Part shown: positions 61,813 to 64,000 of the stretch, in pieces
Layout: each line of letters begins with the position of its first letter
How positions within the stretch are numbered: position 1 is the first letter of the stretch
DNA from: Vitrella brassicaformis CCMP3155
Lineage: Eukaryota; Protista; Chromerida
Reading direction: 5' to 3'
Length of the DNA stretch: 64,000 nt
Assembly: GCA_001179505.1 (NCBI GenBank)
Contig: CDMY01000176.1
Location: forward strand, 1-64,000
Notes under the pieces: generated by a model
Told to the model about the DNA's origin: nothing
Seen by the model: only the letters and a program-made list of their open reading frames with translations
Database searches by the model: none
Position numbers and translations under genes: made by a program

Positions 61813-63331
61813 ATGATGTGGTCTACAGGCGTCTTGTTGTTGGCGGTTCTCAGCCTCGTTGCAGCAGCGGCGAGCCACGATTCATCCCACAAAGAACCAA
61901 TGGCATATGGAGCTCGAGTGCCTGGGAGGCCGCTGGCGGGGCGCCTGCAGGGCGGCAGCTCCACCACTGATATGGAGGGTGAGGCCCTGTGGGCAGCACA
62001 GCCAGGCCAGCCATCGCATCTCTTCATTCATTGCCACCAACAGCATTCACTTCATGTGTGTGTGTGTGTGTAAGCAGTATCATTATCACCAGACGAGGGC
62101 GTTCCGGGCGATTACTCGTGGGGAGGAGGCAGAGCGGGTGGAGTGGCCGACCCGGTGAATGGAGAGGATTACCCCAGTAGAACCGCACAAACGCCACAGC
62201 GGGCGACAAACACGGCCACAGGTGACCGCCAGACACCACACACACACGGGGGCAGCACCATGGCTCTTTTTCTTTCCCTCTGCAGATATATCCTCGTGGA
62301 GCACCCCTTATGCGTGTGACGAGCGTCTGTTCCACCTAGAGCAGCAGCAGCGGGCCCTGATCCACGACAAGAAGATGCTGCAGGAGGAGCTGAGCTACCT
62401 CAAGGCCACCGTTCACAAGCTGGCGGCGGTGGTGGAGCCCATGTCGCTCACGGACGGAGGCAGCACCCTCATGATCAGCGGCGTGAACGTCAAGATAGTC
62501 AACGGAGAGGGCGCCACTGACACGGCCAATGGGAAGGGTACGTTGTGGCAGGTGGTGCATCACTCTTTCCTGCATACGTTTCTTGCTTGGTACGGTGTCA
62601 GGTAATCTGATATTTGGGTATGAGGACTGCCAGGGCGAGGTGGCCACTAGCGATGCTGCTGGTGGGGGGACAATGGAGACCACATATGACAGCAGCAGCA
62701 AAATCAGTTCCGCCCCACGATTCCGCCGTACCGCCGAGAACGGCCAGAACGGCCACACCTCACTCTTGGAGGACCGCTCTGGCTCACACAATCTGGTGGG
62801 TGTCTCGTCTCCTCCACAGCTCTGCCTGTGCGTTCATTCTTGCCTGTGTGTGGTCGGTGTGGCTGTGTTCAGATAATGGGATGCGGCAACAGCTACTCGT
62901 CATATTCGTGCATCCTCAACGGCATCCACAACCACGTCCACAGCCCGTTCTCGTCCATATTCGCGGGGGCACACAACACCATCCACCGCGCCACACCCGC
63001 ACCCGCACCCTATGTCACCCCCTACGGCCCTGGTCACTCGTGCATCCTCACGGGCAACCATGGCACCATTCACGGAGACAGAAACGCCATTATCACCGGC
63101 CATCAGAACAAGTGCAGCATGGCCTTCGGCACCGTTGTCAGCGGCCAGGAAAACTCGGTCGGTTACGGCGGCTGCGTGACGGCGGGGAGGAGGAACAAGG
63201 TGGAGGAGAGCTGGAGTGTGTGTATGGGTGGCCAGGGCAACAGGGTGGTGGATGGGGCTGTTTATGGGGTGTGCGTGGGGGGCAAAGACCACGAGATGGG
63301 CGAATCTGGTGAGGTGGGCTGTTTGACATGA
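61813..63331 (+). CDS. Secreted coiled-coil + Gly/Asn beta-repeat protein (trimeric adhesin / fibre-head-like)
   Basis: Signal peptide MMWSTGVLLLAVLSLVAAAAS; coiled coil LFHLEQQQRALIHDKKMLQEELSYLK; ISGVNVKIVNGEGATDTANGKG|NLIFGYE...RSGSHNLV; then ~14-15-aa repeats xx(I/V)xxGxxNx. Confidence 0.8.
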
Positions 63332-63620
63332 GGCAGGTGAGGTGGGCACGGCACACTCTGTTTTAGGTGGGTGGGGTGGGTGGAATGAACGGTGATCTGA
63401 TCAGCTGTGGAATGGACGAGCTAGTTAAGACGTTTGTCCATCGATGTGTGAGTGTGTTCGGGTCGGGTGTGTGCAGCTGATGCCATGCAGACAGACCAAG
63501 CTTCATGTTAGTTATTGTACAGCGTGTCCGATTTACAAACGAATGAATGAATCCTCACGCACAGCACATGCCACCACGCACCCCGACCCCAAAGCAACCA
63601 ACCAACGGCGAAACCACTAG

Positions 63621-64000
63621 CTAGTTATCCTCCGGCCCCAGCTCCGCCCCACACCCGTCATCCATGTCTTCGTCCACATCCCCTCCGTCATCGCCATGCA
63701 TGTCAGGCGCCACAACCACAGTGGCGTCCTCCTGCGGCTGATGCACCTCCTCACCCACACGACCCTCGCTCACAACGGTCAACGGGCCACCCTCATCTGG
63801 AACCACCATGTCATGCGGCTGCTGCTGCTGCTGGTGGTGGTGGCCATGCTCGACGACGGCGCTTCTAGTGTCGGGGGGCGGCAGCTGCTGATCTTGCGGA
63901 TGGTGCTGGTGCTGGTGGTGGGGGTAGCCGTTGATGCTGGGTGGGGTGTAGGTGCCGCCACCGGCCCCGCTGCCTTGCTCGGTGTGGTCATCGATGAATC
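63621..64000 (-). CDS. 3' end of a gene extending beyond the window (His/Gln-rich then acidic tail)
   Basis: Frame open from the window edge: FIDDHTEQGSG...HHQQQQPHDMVVPDEGG...AELGPEDN*. Confidence 0.65.
   Translation of the reverse strand, partial: FIDDHTEQGSGAGGGTYTPPSINGYPHHQHQHHPQDQQLPPPDTRSAVVEHGHHHQQQQQPHDMVVPDEGGPLTVVSEGRVGEEVHQPQEDATVVVAPDMHGDDGGDVDEDMDDGCGAELGPEDN

Noticed and set aside
1-64000. tRNA, rRNA, snoRNA or telomeric repeats
   Set aside because: None recognisable by eye; tRNAscan-SE/Infernal would be needed to exclude small RNAs.

Overview
Intron-rich, GC-rich eukaryotic nuclear DNA. Short GT-AG introns full of (CA)n/(GT)n, (GATG)n, (GACA)n and (GCCT)n repeats, N-terminal signal+transit presequences and an AP2-domain protein point to a chromerid/apicomplexan-related alga, most like Vitrella brassicaformis (inference). 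Recognisable genes: rhomboid protease, J-domain protein, probable mitochondrial AP2-domain protein, three probably plastid-targeted proteins (DUF1295, SSB, DHH exopolyphosphatase), THOC1, DUF3429/TMEM69-like protein, HAT1, OTU deubiquitinase, an Aurora-type kinase with a ~830-aa tail and a secreted bacterial-type beta-repeat adhesin-like protein. About 9-23 kb is a mosaic of duplicated exon+intron modules. It contains a truncated kinase, half an OTU, RRM exons, an unknown ~55-aa exon domain in 5 copies (6 in the window) and a recurring ~100-bp junction block. Inverted relatives lie at 46 kb and 49-50.5 kb. At 48.8-53.1 kb HAT1 appears to splice into the OTU gene, giving a possible acetyltransferase-deubiquitinase chimera that carries three small frameshifts. 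There are two 300-N gaps. No rRNA, tRNA or CRISPR evidence was seen. Gene models are hand-spliced, boundaries are approximate and family calls are from motif recognition, not database searches.
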